DNA of 64,000 nt, from positions 512,856-576,855 of the forward strand of contig NW_015172030.1 in the NCBI RefSeq assembly GCF_001447785.1. The letters run 5' to 3'. Position 1 is the stretch's first letter. Every line of letters starts with the position of its first letter. A program made the position numbers and the translations under genes. Below the pieces are notes generated by a model. That model was not told the origin of the DNA and did not search any database. It was given only the letters and a program-made list of their open reading frames with translations. The DNA is from Gekko japonicus (taxonomy: Eukaryota). Of the stretch, positions 1 through 11,720 are shown piece after piece.

Positions 1-865
1 CGGTCCGGCTTGAACCAGATGATGTAGCACTTGGGCAGGTAGAGGCACGCCAACAGTCCCAAAGTGCACAGCAAAATGGCGGCCATTTGCACGGCAGGCT
101 GGTACTCTTGCTTCACGGAGGTGTAGGTGGGGATGAAGAAGACCAAGGCGATGAAGTATGCAATCATGGTGAAGGTGATGCCCCGTGCAACGTTGTACTT
201 CTTGGCTGGCATCTGCACCATGAAGGTGCAGAGGAAAGAGGTAAACGCCAGGATGCCATTGTACCCATGGATCAGGGCAAAGGCGGGCCAAGATTCAATC
301 TTGCACTGGATGAGAACTTGGGTCGGCAAAAGAGCGTAGTTGCGGACCACGACCGGTGGGACGTCGTAGACAAACCAATAGCAGAAGAGACTTTCCGCTA
401 GGAGGCAGGAGGCCACGATGGACCAGGGCTGCTTCTGGATGAGGGTGTGCAGGAAGGTGCGCCGGCTGTTGGCGAAGTCATGCACCAGGACAATCTGGAA
501 TGCTTTCACCAATATGGTGGAGAAGCAGACATTGAGGCAGAGGGCGAAGAAAGGCTGGCTGAGCTTGCAGATGGTGGGGCTGGGCTTCCCGATGTGAAGG
601 CTGGTGCTGACGCACATCATGGCAAGGGAGGAGAGGGCCAAGAGGCTCATGGCGCCCCCGGCGGCTTGCACCACGGGGGTATGGAGGTTCTTCAGGAACA
701 GCGCCCCCGTCAGGCAGGTGAGAGCCAAAGCTAAGAACAACAGGCCCAGCAAGATCAAGGACAGGGGTTCTAACCAGAAGAGGTACTTCTCACTGCGGTC
801 ATAACACCGCGTGCTGCGCTTGGGAGACCACTGGTGCTCAGGGCAGGGAGTGCAGGCCGAGTCCT
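1..865 (-). CDS. TAS1R3: TAS1R3 exon 6 (end of cysteine-rich domain plus 7TM), partial; runs off the window
   Basis: ttccacag acceptor; CTPCPEHQWSPKRSTRC...FLKNLHTPVVQAAGG...YNVARGITFTM...YLPKCYIIW; frame open to position 1. Confidence 0.92.
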
Positions 866-1026
866 CTGTGGAAGAACAGCAAGAAACACCTGCCTCAACT
901 GGGCACTTGTCTGCAAACAGATTATTCTGCAGCCTGGTCGACAGCTCATTTTTAACCAGGGAGCCCTAGGGCTTCCAAGCAGTGCCTGACTCTGGCGGGA
1001 GCATTGTGGGGGACCACTACTAGAGC

Positions 1027-1335
1027 CAGGGGTCATTTCCTGCAGGAGCGCACAGGAGCAGAGCTCCGGCAGTAAAGAGCCCAGGGGGCGGCACATGCAA
1101 CAAGCCCCAGGCGACAAGGAGCATGAGGATCTGTGTGTCCCCCCCCCCCATAGCTAGGGATCTAAAACAGTCCAGTGGAGCCTGAGCAGTGGGTGTTGCC
1201 TTCTGACACATTTCCGGTGATGTCAGGGGGTGTGGTATATGCAAATAAGTTATGCTAATGAGTTATGCTAATGAGCTATGCTAATGAGTTATGCTAATGA
1301 GCTCCTGCGCCTCTTTTTCTACGAAATGACCCCTG
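1027..1335. mobile_element. MITE with caggggtcattt / aaatgacccctg ends (also ~7377-7670, 13168-13633, 43910-44295)
   Basis: Terminal inverted repeats and shared internal sequence. Confidence 0.65.
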
Positions 1336-2647
1336 ACTAGAGCTATCTTTGTCACTTCCAGATCACTCTAGGAATCACCGGGAACTCTATGGTTAGAACG
1401 TCCTGTAAGTAACTGAGGCCTTATTTTTCTTTTTTTAAAAGCTTTTCTCCCCAGGATGATTGCCCCCCTCCCCGCCTGGACCCCCGTTTCCACCCGCCAA
1501 TCAGCTGAGCAGCGGCCAGTGAGGGCTACAGTTGGCTGGAGGTCTCCCGCCACAAGTGGGCAAATGGGAACTCTAGGACAGGGGTGTGAGACATAAGACC
1601 TGGGGCCGGGAACCGGCCCGTCCAGGGCTCTTATGCAACCCGCAAGCAACTAGTGCAAGGGAGGGAACAGGAGACTGCTTGGGAGGGGAGTAGGCGGAGC
1701 CTCTCCGATGATGGCTTCAGCATGGCGGAACAACCTCGTCTGCAGCAGTCGAGCAACGTGGGAGCGTCTGCCCAGTGCTGCACCGCCAGGTCTCCGGTCC
1801 ACCCATGTGGGTTTTCCTTTGCACACCCCCCCCTCAGCCCATGGGGCCTTGCAGTGAGGATGCACCAACTCGGAGCTTACTAGCTGCTGTCCTTTGTACA
1901 GTTTACATCTCCGGTACTTGGCATGACGTTTTATGGCACACATGGCCGGGTCTGACAAAGTGACACTTATGTCAGATCCGGCCCTCGTAACAAATGAGTT
2001 TGACACCTCAGCTCAAGGAAATGAGCAAGAGCCAACGACATTGGCACCACCCACTGATTTGGAGCCAAGAGACAAGAAAATGGTGCTCGGTTGGGCTGGG
2101 CTTTCCAACTCTGGGTTGGGAAATTCCTAGAGATTTGGGGGGTGGAACCTGGGGAGGGTGGAATTTGGGGAGGGGAGAGGTGGAACCTGGGGAGGGTATG
2201 CATTGCCTAGGGTTGCCCAGTCTGGGTTGGAAAACACCTAGAGACCTTGGGGGCGGAGCCAGGAGAGGGCAGGGTTTGGGGAGGGGCCTCAGCATGGTGT
2301 ACCATGCCATAGAGTCCACCCTTCAAAGCAGCCATTTTCTCCAGGGGAGCTGATCTCTGTCAGCTGGAGATCAGTTGTAAAAGCGGGCGATCCCCAGGCC
2401 CCACCTGGAGGCTGGCAACCCTAGGTATGCCATAGAGTCCACCACCTGGAACAGCCGTTTCCTCCAGGGGAACTGATCTCAGTCGTCTGGTGATCGGTTG
2501 TAATTCCGGGACATCTCCAGCTACCCCTGGAGACTGGCAACCCTAAATTGGGATTAGTTACCTCTGCCAGACTCTGGGCTTTGGAAGGTGCCCGATCAAT
2601 GCATTTCTGATGCAGGGCGGCTGTTTTAAGGCCCTGAACGTGCTTAC

Positions 2648-2768
2648 CTCTACTGCTGCAGAATGTCCCCTTCTCGCAGTCAATGCAGTCGTAACAGCAC
2701 AGGTGAAAACCTTTCATCCGGCGGATCTGCCCAGGTTGGCACGTGGTAAGGCACTGGGACGTAGGCTT
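2648..2768 (-). CDS. TAS1R3: TAS1R3 exon 5 (cysteine-rich domain)
   Basis: [36 protein letters not shown]; 121 nt; GAG|GTAAG donor. Confidence 0.93.
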
Positions 2769-4390
2769 CTAGGGAGATGGAGAGGACCGCCATGTGATTG
2801 GGCCCTTCACAACAATGGGATGCTTTTCTTTAAAGGGTATAAATGCACATGAAGCAGACTTATGATGCACCACCAGGCCCGTGGTCCATCAAGGTCAGTA
2901 GTGCCTGTTCTGATTGGTCGCCACTCTCCCGGCAGACATCTTTCACATCCCCTACTGCCTGGTCCTCTTTAACCAGAGGTGCCAGAGATTGAACCTGGGA
3001 CCTTCTGCATGCCAAGCAGATGCTCTACCACGGAGCTATAGCCCCTTCCCAATTTCCTGCCCTTCAACCACTCATTTGTTAGAGCGTTCAACGTATAAAC
3101 AATTCAGGCCACTGGATTTGCAAAGGAGGATGGGATTGTTGGTCAGATCAGTTGGGGATTTCAAACACCAAGCAAAAAATGCTGAAGTTATGTTGGCCAA
3201 TGAAGAGATATTTTTTAGAAAAGGTGGTTCCCGTTTCTACTGCAACCATCTGGAAAACTATGAACAATTGACTGTTTTTAAGATTGAGTTGAATTGTGCT
3301 CTGTGATTAGAGATGCCAGCATCCAAATGGGTCGAACAACAAATATATACACTGCAAAAACCTTTTTTATAAGTTAAAGTGTTCTATATGTTCCATCTTA
3401 TAAAGTGCATTGTGTATTATTCATAATATTCTAAAACAGGTATATATTCATTACATGCAATATCAACAATAATAATCAAGTTATAATAATCCTGTAAATT
3501 GACTGGTAGTTATTAGATTGTACAAACTGATTATTATTGTTGATATTGCATGTAATGAATATATTACCTGTTTTAGAATATCTCTCCTTATATATAATTG
3601 AATAGTGGGTGCCAAAGTTCTAATTCTAAAATGCACTCCCTTAGTGTATGGCTGATGGCACTGCTCCTCAGCATATATCACCACCAATCAGAAGGCAAAG
3701 CCCGGGTCCCGCCCACACCACAACTGCTGCGACAACCTGGTCTTTTGCATATGGAAGCTGATTGGACTTCAGTCCATTCCACACCTCAAACTCCCCCCCC
3801 CACAAGGCAGTTGGGATTTTCAGTTGCATAACATACCTCATAGGGGAGAGGAGAATGGGTAACAATGGTTACCACTCTCCAGGTGAGGGCTACAGATAAC
3901 TCAAACATACAAATGCTCTTCAGGTAGCAGAGATCAGTCCCTCTGGAGAAAACAGTGGACTCTGTCATTAAACCCTGCTGAGGTCGCCACAGGAAACTGA
4001 CACTGTTTGCCCAAAGCCAAAGCACTCTCCCAGAGCCTCTTCCTAGATCCCGTTGTATTTATTTCCGCAACGGGCATTATTTCTAGTAGCATTATAAAAC
4101 ACATTAGCAAATCCAAATGGGACCTGGGGATCCCCTGGAATTACAGCTCATCTCCAGATTACAGAGATCAGTTTTCCTGGAGAAAATGGATGCTTTGGAG
4201 GGTGGACTCACCGTACCCCACCGAGGCCCCTGTCCTCCCCAGACTCCATCCCCAAATCTCCAGGAGTCCCAACTTGGATCTAGCAACCCTACCTCCCCCA
4301 TCTCGCACAAGTGGCCAGGGGTTTCCTGGCAACCCTACTGATGTATCACTTTCCTGTGTTATGCTATTTCTAGAAATCCAGTTTTGTGAT

Positions 4391-4730
4391 AGTAAAGGTT
4401 CCCTTGCTCGAAAGCCAGTCGAATCCGACTCTAGGGTTGCGGTGCTCATCTCCGTTTCAAAGCCGAAGAGCCAGCGCTGTCCGAAGACGTTTCCGTGGTC
4501 ATGTGGCCGGCATGACTAAACACCGAGGCGCACGGAACGCTGTTACCTTCCCACCGAAGTGGTCCCTATTTATCTACTTGCAATTTCTTGCTTTCGAACT
4601 GCTAGGTTGGCAGGAGCTGGAACTAGAGACGGGAGCCCACTCCGTCCTGCGGCACACTTGGGTCTCGAACTGCTGAACTACCAACCTTCCACAGCCTGCA
4701 GTTCAGCATCTTAACCACTTGAGCCACCGC
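4391..4730 (-). mobile_element. Sauria SINE
   Basis: tRNA-like head gcggtggctcaagtggttaag and (ACCTTT) tail on the minus strand. Confidence 0.8.
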
Positions 4731-4769
4731 ATTGTGATGGTAATGCCTAATAAGCTAGATATGTTAGAC

Positions 4770-5020
4770 CAGCGGTTCTCAACCTGTGGGTCGCGACCCC
4801 TTTGGGGGTCGAACGACCCTTTCACAGGGGTCGCCTAAGACCATCGGAAAACACAAATTTTCGATGGTCTTAGGAACCGAGACACATCCTGCATATCAGA
4901 CATTTACATTACGATTCATAACAATAGCAAAATTCCAGTTATGAAGTAGCAACGAAAATAATTTTATGGTTGGGGAACTGTATTAAAGGGTCGCGGTATT
5001 AGGAAGGTTGAGAACCACTG
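4770..5020. mobile_element. SPIN/URR1-type non-autonomous hAT transposon
   Basis: cagcggttctcaacct...aggttgagaaccactg TIRs; perfect 8-bp TSD tgttagac; internal sequence recalls URR1/SPIN MITEs. Confidence 0.8.
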
Positions 5021-5134
5021 TGTTAGACAGAACTTATCTAGCTATCAGGCAAGTTATCACTTGCTCCTGTGAGGTACCAAATAATTAGGAGTCCCCTAAT
5101 TCTGGGTTTTAACCAAGTGTATGACTTCTAGCTA

Positions 5135-5482
5135 GGAGCTGCGGTGGCTCAAGTGGTTAAGACACTGAACTGCAGGCTGTGGAAGGTCAGTAGTTCAGTA
5201 GTTCGAGACCCGAGTTGCCACATGATGGAGTGAGCTCCCGTCTCTAGTTCCAGCTCCTGCCAACCTAGCAGTTCGAAAGCAAGAAATTGCAAGCAGATAA
5301 ATAGGTACCACTCCGGTGGGAAGGGAACAGCGTTCCGTGCGCCTTGGTGTTTAGTCATGCCGGCCACATGACCACGGAAATGTCTTCGGACAGCGCTGGC
5401 TCTTCGGCTTTGAAACGGAGATGAGCACCGCAACCCTAGAGTCGGACTCGACTGGCTTTCGAGCAAGGGAACCTTTACCTTT
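5135..5482 (+). mobile_element. Sauria SINE
   Basis: Same family, opposite orientation to 4391-4730. Confidence 0.8.
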
Positions 5483-5607
5483 TTATGACTCCTTTCTAGT
5501 AGGATATAACTAGGATATAAACAAGATGCGCTGATCGGCGAGGTGAGGAATTTTTGTGGACGTAAGTTGGGGAAGAAGGAGAAACTGACTACCTTCTCCG
5601 TTTTTAC

Positions 5608-5811
5608 CTGTTGATTTTCGGTATGAAAAAGAAGCAGGGATTTGTTGATGTTCAGTTTCCCATTGAATTCTCCAAGGGTGGTGTACTTGATCTGGCCGTC
5701 CTTCCAGCTCCACCCAATGACCTCGTAGCCCTTGTTGATGCTGCGGTATCGGTCAAACTGGAACGACTGGTTTCTGGTGCTGAAATTGAGGGTCTTCATT
5801 TCTTCCAGCAG
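5608..5811 (-). CDS. TAS1R3: TAS1R3 exon 4
   Basis: tttctgcag acceptor; LLEEMKTLNF...FHTENQQ; CAG|GTAAAA donor; 204 nt, phase 0-0. Confidence 0.9.
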
Positions 5812-7933
5812 CTGCAGAAATGGAGAGGGAGGCGGTGGACGGAGACCCCGCGGTTCCACCTCCCAATTTTACCTCCCAGCGAACGAAACTACACCCAATA
5901 TCCCAACAAAGATCTCTGGCCTGTGCCGGCCCCTTCTCTGGGAGCTGTGCTAGATCTGGAATCATGCAGAATGCTGCACTGCAGGCATCCCCAGGCTTTT
6001 CGAGCCTGCAGGCAACTCCGGACTGCTGTCACAGTGCGGCGGGCGCAGCCACAAAACAGCTGCTGCAGGTGGGCTTGCCAGACCCCCCAGTTTGGCGGGG
6101 GTTGCCCGATTTGGAGGGGCTTCCTTCCACCCGGCCTCCTCTCCACTTCTTCCCAACAGTGTTTAAATACATCTGCTGGGGAGAGGTGGGGGCCTGGGCG
6201 CCTGCACTCCGAGCCCTGAATTTGGGGCTTGGAGTGCAGGCACATGCGGCTTCCTCACCCACCTCTCCCCAGCAGCGTTTAAAAGAAGGCTTTCAATGCT
6301 GCTGGGGAGAGGCAGGTCTGGGCACCCACCACCACCTCTTCCCAGCAGGGTTTAAAAAGACCCTTTAAATGTTGCTGGGGAGAGGTTGGAGTTTCCACTC
6401 CCGAATGTGATGACGTCATTTCTGAGTGATGTCATGACGCTGGGGACTCCCCACCCCCTCCAGTAACACCCCCCAAAGTCCCCCGCTGGGGTCTTTGGGG
6501 GCACCTGCCAACCCTAGCTGTGGAACATGGAGCCAGCCACAAAATGGCCGCCTCAGCTTACCTTCAGTCACGCAGTGAAGATCCTTGGGCTGTGGTGGCA
6601 GCTGCTGGCAAAGGCAACGTGTTTTTTTTTTAAAAAAAAATCAAATGTCCAATGGCCAATCAGAAGCCTTGCTGGGCAAAAGCTCCAGGTGGCCCCGCCC
6701 GCTTTCTAAAAACACAAATATTTTGTGTTGCAGAGATTGAGGAGGAGAGGAAAAAAAGTGCTTCCGGCTCCCTTCCACTTGCCAGGAGCCATTTTTAATG
6801 CACCGAGAGGTCTGCTGGCTATTTGTCCGCTTCTTCCCCTATTCTCATTTTTGTACCTTAACTTTTTGGTCTGGCAGGACTGAAAAGATTAAGAGTTAAG
6901 AAAAGATGAAGGTGGGAGACAAAGCCCTTGCTTCCTTTTCTCTGTGTTTTATCTTATATTAATCAAATATATCTGTTGTGTTTCCCAGTGCTTCTAATGA
7001 TATACACTTTGGTGTAGTGGTTAGGGCCGTGGACTCTAATCTGGGAGAACCGGGTTTGGTTCCCCACTCCTCCACATGCAGCAGCTGGCATGACCTTGGG
7101 TCAGTCTCTCACGGTTCTCTCACAGCTGTTCTGGACAGAGCAGTTTCTGTCAAGAGCTCTCTCATCCCCACCTACCTCACAGGGTATCTGTTAGGAGGGG
7201 AAGGGAAAGGAGATTGTAAGCCGTTCTGTGACTCCTTCAGGTAGTGAAGGGTGGGGGTATAAACCCAATTTCTTCTTCTCTTCTTCTTCTTATTGACCAG
7301 AGTGGGGCAGAAGAAGGAAGCAATGAGTACTGCCAACCTCCAGGTGCTGCCGGGAGATCTTCCAGAATTATAACTCAGAGGTCATTTGGGGGGAATTGCA
7401 GGGGATCGCAGTTCCCCCGGGTGAGGTACGGGGGGGGGCGGGGCACATGATGAAGCCCCACCCCCTGCTTCCGGCCGCCCCGCTTCCGGCCCTCATTCAG
7501 CCAGGAGGAGGCAGGAGAAGAGGGAGGGTAAGTTGCTTCCTCCCTGCCTCTCCCCACCCCTGCCTGCCTGCCTGGGGCCAGGGAGGGCCTTCGCGGGGCT
7601 TCCTTGCACTCCCGCCGGCCTTGCACGTCCACCGCCGGGCCCCTGCTCTTTTTCTACGAAACGACCCCTGTTATAACTGATCTCCAGACTACAGAGTCAG
7701 TCCCTCTGAAGAAAATGGCTGCTTTGGAGGGTGGACTGGATGTCATTATACCCCACTGAAGTCCTCAAATCCCGCCCTCCTCAGGCTCCACCCCCACATC
7801 TCCAGGAATTTCCCAATCTGGAGTTAGCAACCCTAGAATTAGCAGGTACGTCCCATCGCTGAAAGGACATAGGTGGATTGGCTCCAGCCTGTTTCCCACT
7901 TTGAAGAGGGCCCCCTCACCTTTGTTCTCTCAC

Positions 7934-9139
7934 CTGCCAAGGTTTGACACTGCTCTTGTTACACCGCCCGCTTTCACAACCCAGCGCGTTGTGGAGCGCA
8001 TGGGCCACGCTGTAGACAGCCGTGTACACAGCAAAAGTCTGCCGATGCTCCAGCACCCCTTTGATGGTCTCTAGGGAAGCCTGGTCACATTGCGGGCACT
8101 GTGAACCCAGGACATCCGAGCCCGCCTCATTGGCTTCCTTCTGGGAAGCCTCACAGAAACTCCTCTGTTGGCACAGCTCAAAGAGTCTGATGGCATACTC
8201 GTGGAAGCTGGAAACGTTTCCGGCCTTGATGATGAAACCGATGACTGTCCCAATAGAGTCCACTCGCCCAAGGGAGGTGACCACGTCAGACATCACCCAC
8301 GCTTCGGTGGCCAGCCATACCTTCTTGCCCAGTCCTAGCCGGAGACACTCTTTGAAGAGAGCCCGGACGGTTCGGTCATTGGAAAAAAGGACGATGACGT
8401 TGACGTTGGTTTTGTTGACCGACTCAATGGTCGACACCAACGTCTTGTCAAAATCAGGGCTCAATACGTCTGCCGGGATCAGCCCCTCGTAGTTCTCCAG
8501 GGAAACCTGGTCACATTGCGGGCACTGCGACCCCAGGACGTCCGAGCCCACCTCATTGGCTTCCTTCTGGGAAGCCTCGCAGAAACTCTTCTGTTGGCTC
8601 AGCTCAAAGAGTCTGATGGCGTACTCGTGAAAGCTGGAGACGTTTCCGGCCTTGATGATGAAACCAATGACTGTCCCAATAGAGTCCACTCGCCCGAGGG
8701 AGGTGACCACGTCAGACATCACCCACGCTTCGGTGGCCAGCCATACCTTCTTGCCCAGTCCTAGCCGGAGACACTCTTTGAAGAGAGCCCGGACGGTTCG
8801 GTCGTTGGAGAAAAGGACGATGACGTTGACGTTGGTTTTGTTGACCGACTCAATGGTCGACACCAACGTCTTGTCAAAATCAGGGCTCAGTACGTCTGCC
8901 GGGATCAGCCCCTCGTAGGCGACGCAGATGCTTTTGCTGACCGCCATGGAAGACAGGAGGCTGAGGCCTTCTCGGCCGTATTCGTCATCGCTGCCTATGA
9001 CTGCGATCCAGTTCCACTTGAAAGAGGTCAGGAGTTCCACCATGGCGTCCAGTTGGATCTTGTCGCTGGGCACAGTGCGGAAGAAAGAGGGGTACATCTC
9101 CTCGCTGTTCAGCTTCTGTGACGTGGCACCATAGCTGAT
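7934..9139 (-). CDS. TAS1R3: TAS1R3 exon 3 (1206 nt, including a 426-nt in-frame tandem duplication)
   Basis: ISYGA...YPSFFRTVPSD...WNWIAVIGSDDEYG...CPQCD...VYSVAHALH...KPWQ; ccag acceptor and CAG|GTGAG donor. Confidence 0.92.
8067..8918 (-). repeat. Direct tandem duplication, 2 x 426 nt, within TAS1R3 exon 3
   Basis: Copies at 8493-8918 and 8067-8492, ~96% identical. Confidence 0.97.
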
Positions 9140-10147
9140 CTGGAGGGACATAAGTGGTGGTCACATTGACAGTCCATTTCTACCCAACCCTTTTGCCGGT
9201 TTCAGAGGGAAGATGTGTTGGTCTGCCGTAGGGGAGCTAGATTCGAATGCCATGGCATCTTAGAGACCAACAAGATTTTCGGGGTACGAACTTTTGAGGG
9301 TCAAAGCAGACGAAGAGAGCTTTGACCCTCGAAAGCACGTACCCCCAAAAAAATCTTGCTACTGGACTCGAATCTAACTTTTTTGTCCGTTTGCTTGGAA
9401 ACCTTTGGATCAATGGGGCAGGGGAAGGGACGATTTTAAATAAACGAAACAAGCAATTTGCCGTGTTCGAGCACAAAAGTTGTGGGACAAATCTTGGAAG
9501 TTTGGTGCAAACTGTCACGGAATGATAGAATCACAGACGGGGGCATAGCCAGAAAATTTTGAGTGGTGGGGCATTGGGAAATCTGGGGGGCAGGGGAGTG
9601 GGAGAGAGAGAGAGAGAGAGAGAGATCCCATTGGCAGGCAGGTGAAGAAGAGAAGGGTCTTTCCTTACCTGCTGGCACAACTCCCATAGCGGGAATTGTG
9701 GGGCGTGGGCCATGAATGAAGGGGCACCGCCCCTAAATGCCCCACTGTGGCTACGGACTGATCACAGAGCTGGCAGGGGCCACACAGGCCACCCAGTCCA
9801 ACCCCCTGCTCAATGCAGGATCAGCCTATAGCATCCCTGACAAGGGTTTGTCCAGCCGCTGCTTGAAGACTGCCAGTGAGGGGGAGCTCACCACCTCCCG
9901 AGGCAGCTGATGCCACTGTTGAAAAACTCCTATTGTCAAAAAGTTTTTCCTGAGATCCAGCCGGTCCCTTCCCGCCCTTCATTTAAACCCATTCTTGCGA
10001 GTCCTCTCCTCTGCTGCCAACAGGAACAGCTCCCTGCCCTCCTCTAAGTGACAGCCCTTCAAATATCCTACTACCCTTCAGGTGACAGTTCTTGGCAAAA
10101 AGCAGTCTTTCTTCCCCCCCCCCCCCCCCCTATTAAATATGAAATAG

Positions 10148-10413
10148 GTGTAGTGGTTAAGTGCGCGGACTAATCTGGGAGAACCGGGTTTGATTCCCCA
10201 CTCCTCCACTTGCACCTGCTGATGTGACCTTGGGTCAGTCACAAGCTCTGGCACAGCTGTCCTTGAAAAAGAGCAGTTTCTGTCAGAGCTCTCTCAGCCC
10301 CACCCACCTCACAGGGTGTCTGTTGTGGGGAGGGGAAGGGAAAGGAGTTTGTAAGCCGCTCTGAGACTCCAAGTGAAGGGCGGGGTATAAATCCAATATC
10401 TTCTTCTTCTTCT
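10148..10413 (+). mobile_element. tRNA-derived SINE (Squam3-like); other copies at ~7008-7290, 17608-17841, 35951-36225, 39667-39910, 56633-57360, 60368-60772, 62325-62599, 63471-63742
   Basis: A/B-box head ggtgtagtggttaag...ggtttgattcccc; shared body; (TTC)n tail. Family name tentative. Confidence 0.65.
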
Positions 10414-10726
10414 TAAAGATATGGATTCTATCTGTTGGGTTCCAGTCTAGTGTTCTATCTGTATGTCTAAAAAAGTCTGCTGGGACAGCACAGGTAGAAA
10501 TGCCCAGATGACCCAGCAGAGAGAAGTTCGACTCCCGTGTCCCATAACTAGAAAAATTAAAGTTTTAAATAGAGCGGGGATCACTGGGGGAGTGGGAGAG
10601 GGGAGGTAGCTGTGAATGTCCTGCATTGCGCATAGGGTTGGACTAGATGACCCTTGTGGGTCCCTTCCAGCTCTACGTTTCTATCAAGAGAACTTTCTAA
10701 TATGGCGCTTTACAAAAAAAAATGAC

Positions 10727-11027
10727 CTGCGGGATCAGGAAGAAGCTAAAGAGCTTAGCAGTAACGGTGCAGAGCTGAGAGCTGTGCGGCCCTATGACCG
10801 CCAGCACCCGGGGCTGGTAGTCGGTGTAGTTGCAGAGGACTCCGATTCTGTTGCTGCCTGTCCTGGTGAGGAACAGGAGGCTGGGCTGGAGGGCGACGAT
10901 CGGCTCCGAGCAGTCGTCGTAGATGTTGTAGCCCAGCTTGATCCCTGGCAGCAGCGTTGTGGAGTTGTTGATTTCCTCCACGGCAAACTTCATCCCCAGA
11001 GCCCAGACGAGACCTGTGGCATAAAGC
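10727..11027 (-). CDS. TAS1R3: TAS1R3 exon 2
   Basis: ttttcccctgcag acceptor; [30 protein letters not shown]...[19 protein letters not shown]...FSFFLIPQ, typical of T1R3; 301 nt. Confidence 0.93.
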
Positions 11028-11107
11028 CTGCAGGGGAAAAGGGGAGGGGAGGTGTGAGGATTCGGGACATTAAAATAGCTGCCCTGGATCAGACCGAGGT
11101 CTATCTA

Positions 11108-11720
11108 AGTAAAGGTAAAGGTTTCCCTTGCTCGAAAGAAGGATTGGATTGATACCCTGCCCTTCACTTGGAGTCTCAGAGCGGCTTACAAACTCCTTTC
11201 CCTTCCCCTCCCCACAACAGACACCCTGTGAGGTGGGTGGGGCTGAGAGAGCTCTGACACAAACTGCTCTTTTTCAAGGACAGCTGTGCCAGAGCTTGTG
11301 ACTGACCCAAGGTCACATCAGCAGGTGCAAGTGGAGGAGTGGGGAATCAAACCGGGTTCTCCCAGATTAGAGTCCGCGCACTTAACCACTACACCAAACT
11401 GGCTCTCTCTACACCAAACTGGCTCTAGGGGGCGGTGGTCATCTCTGTGTCCAAGCTGAAGCGCCAGTGCTGTCCGGAGACATTTCTGTGGTCATGTGGC
11501 CAGCATGACTGAACGCCGAGGGGCACGGAATGCCGTTACCTTCCCACTGAAGCGGTACCTATTTATCTACTTGCAGTTTCTTGCTTTCGAACTGCTAGGT
11601 TGGCAGGAGCTGGGGCCAGAGACGGGAGCTCACTCCATCACGCGGCACACTCGGGTCTTGAACTGCCGAACCACAGACCTTCCGGTCTGCAGCTCAGCGT
11701 CTTAGCCTCTGAGCCACCGC
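11108..11720 (-). mobile_element. Sauria SINE interrupted by a second SINE family (11138-11410)
   Basis: Tail at 11108-11137, body at 11426-11720. Confidence 0.7.

Noticed and set aside
4386-4676. Recurrent ORFs 'KVPLLESQSNPTLGLRCSSPF...' (also ~14091, 16229, 18462, 55843)
   Set aside because: Translations of Sauria SINE copies, not a gene family.
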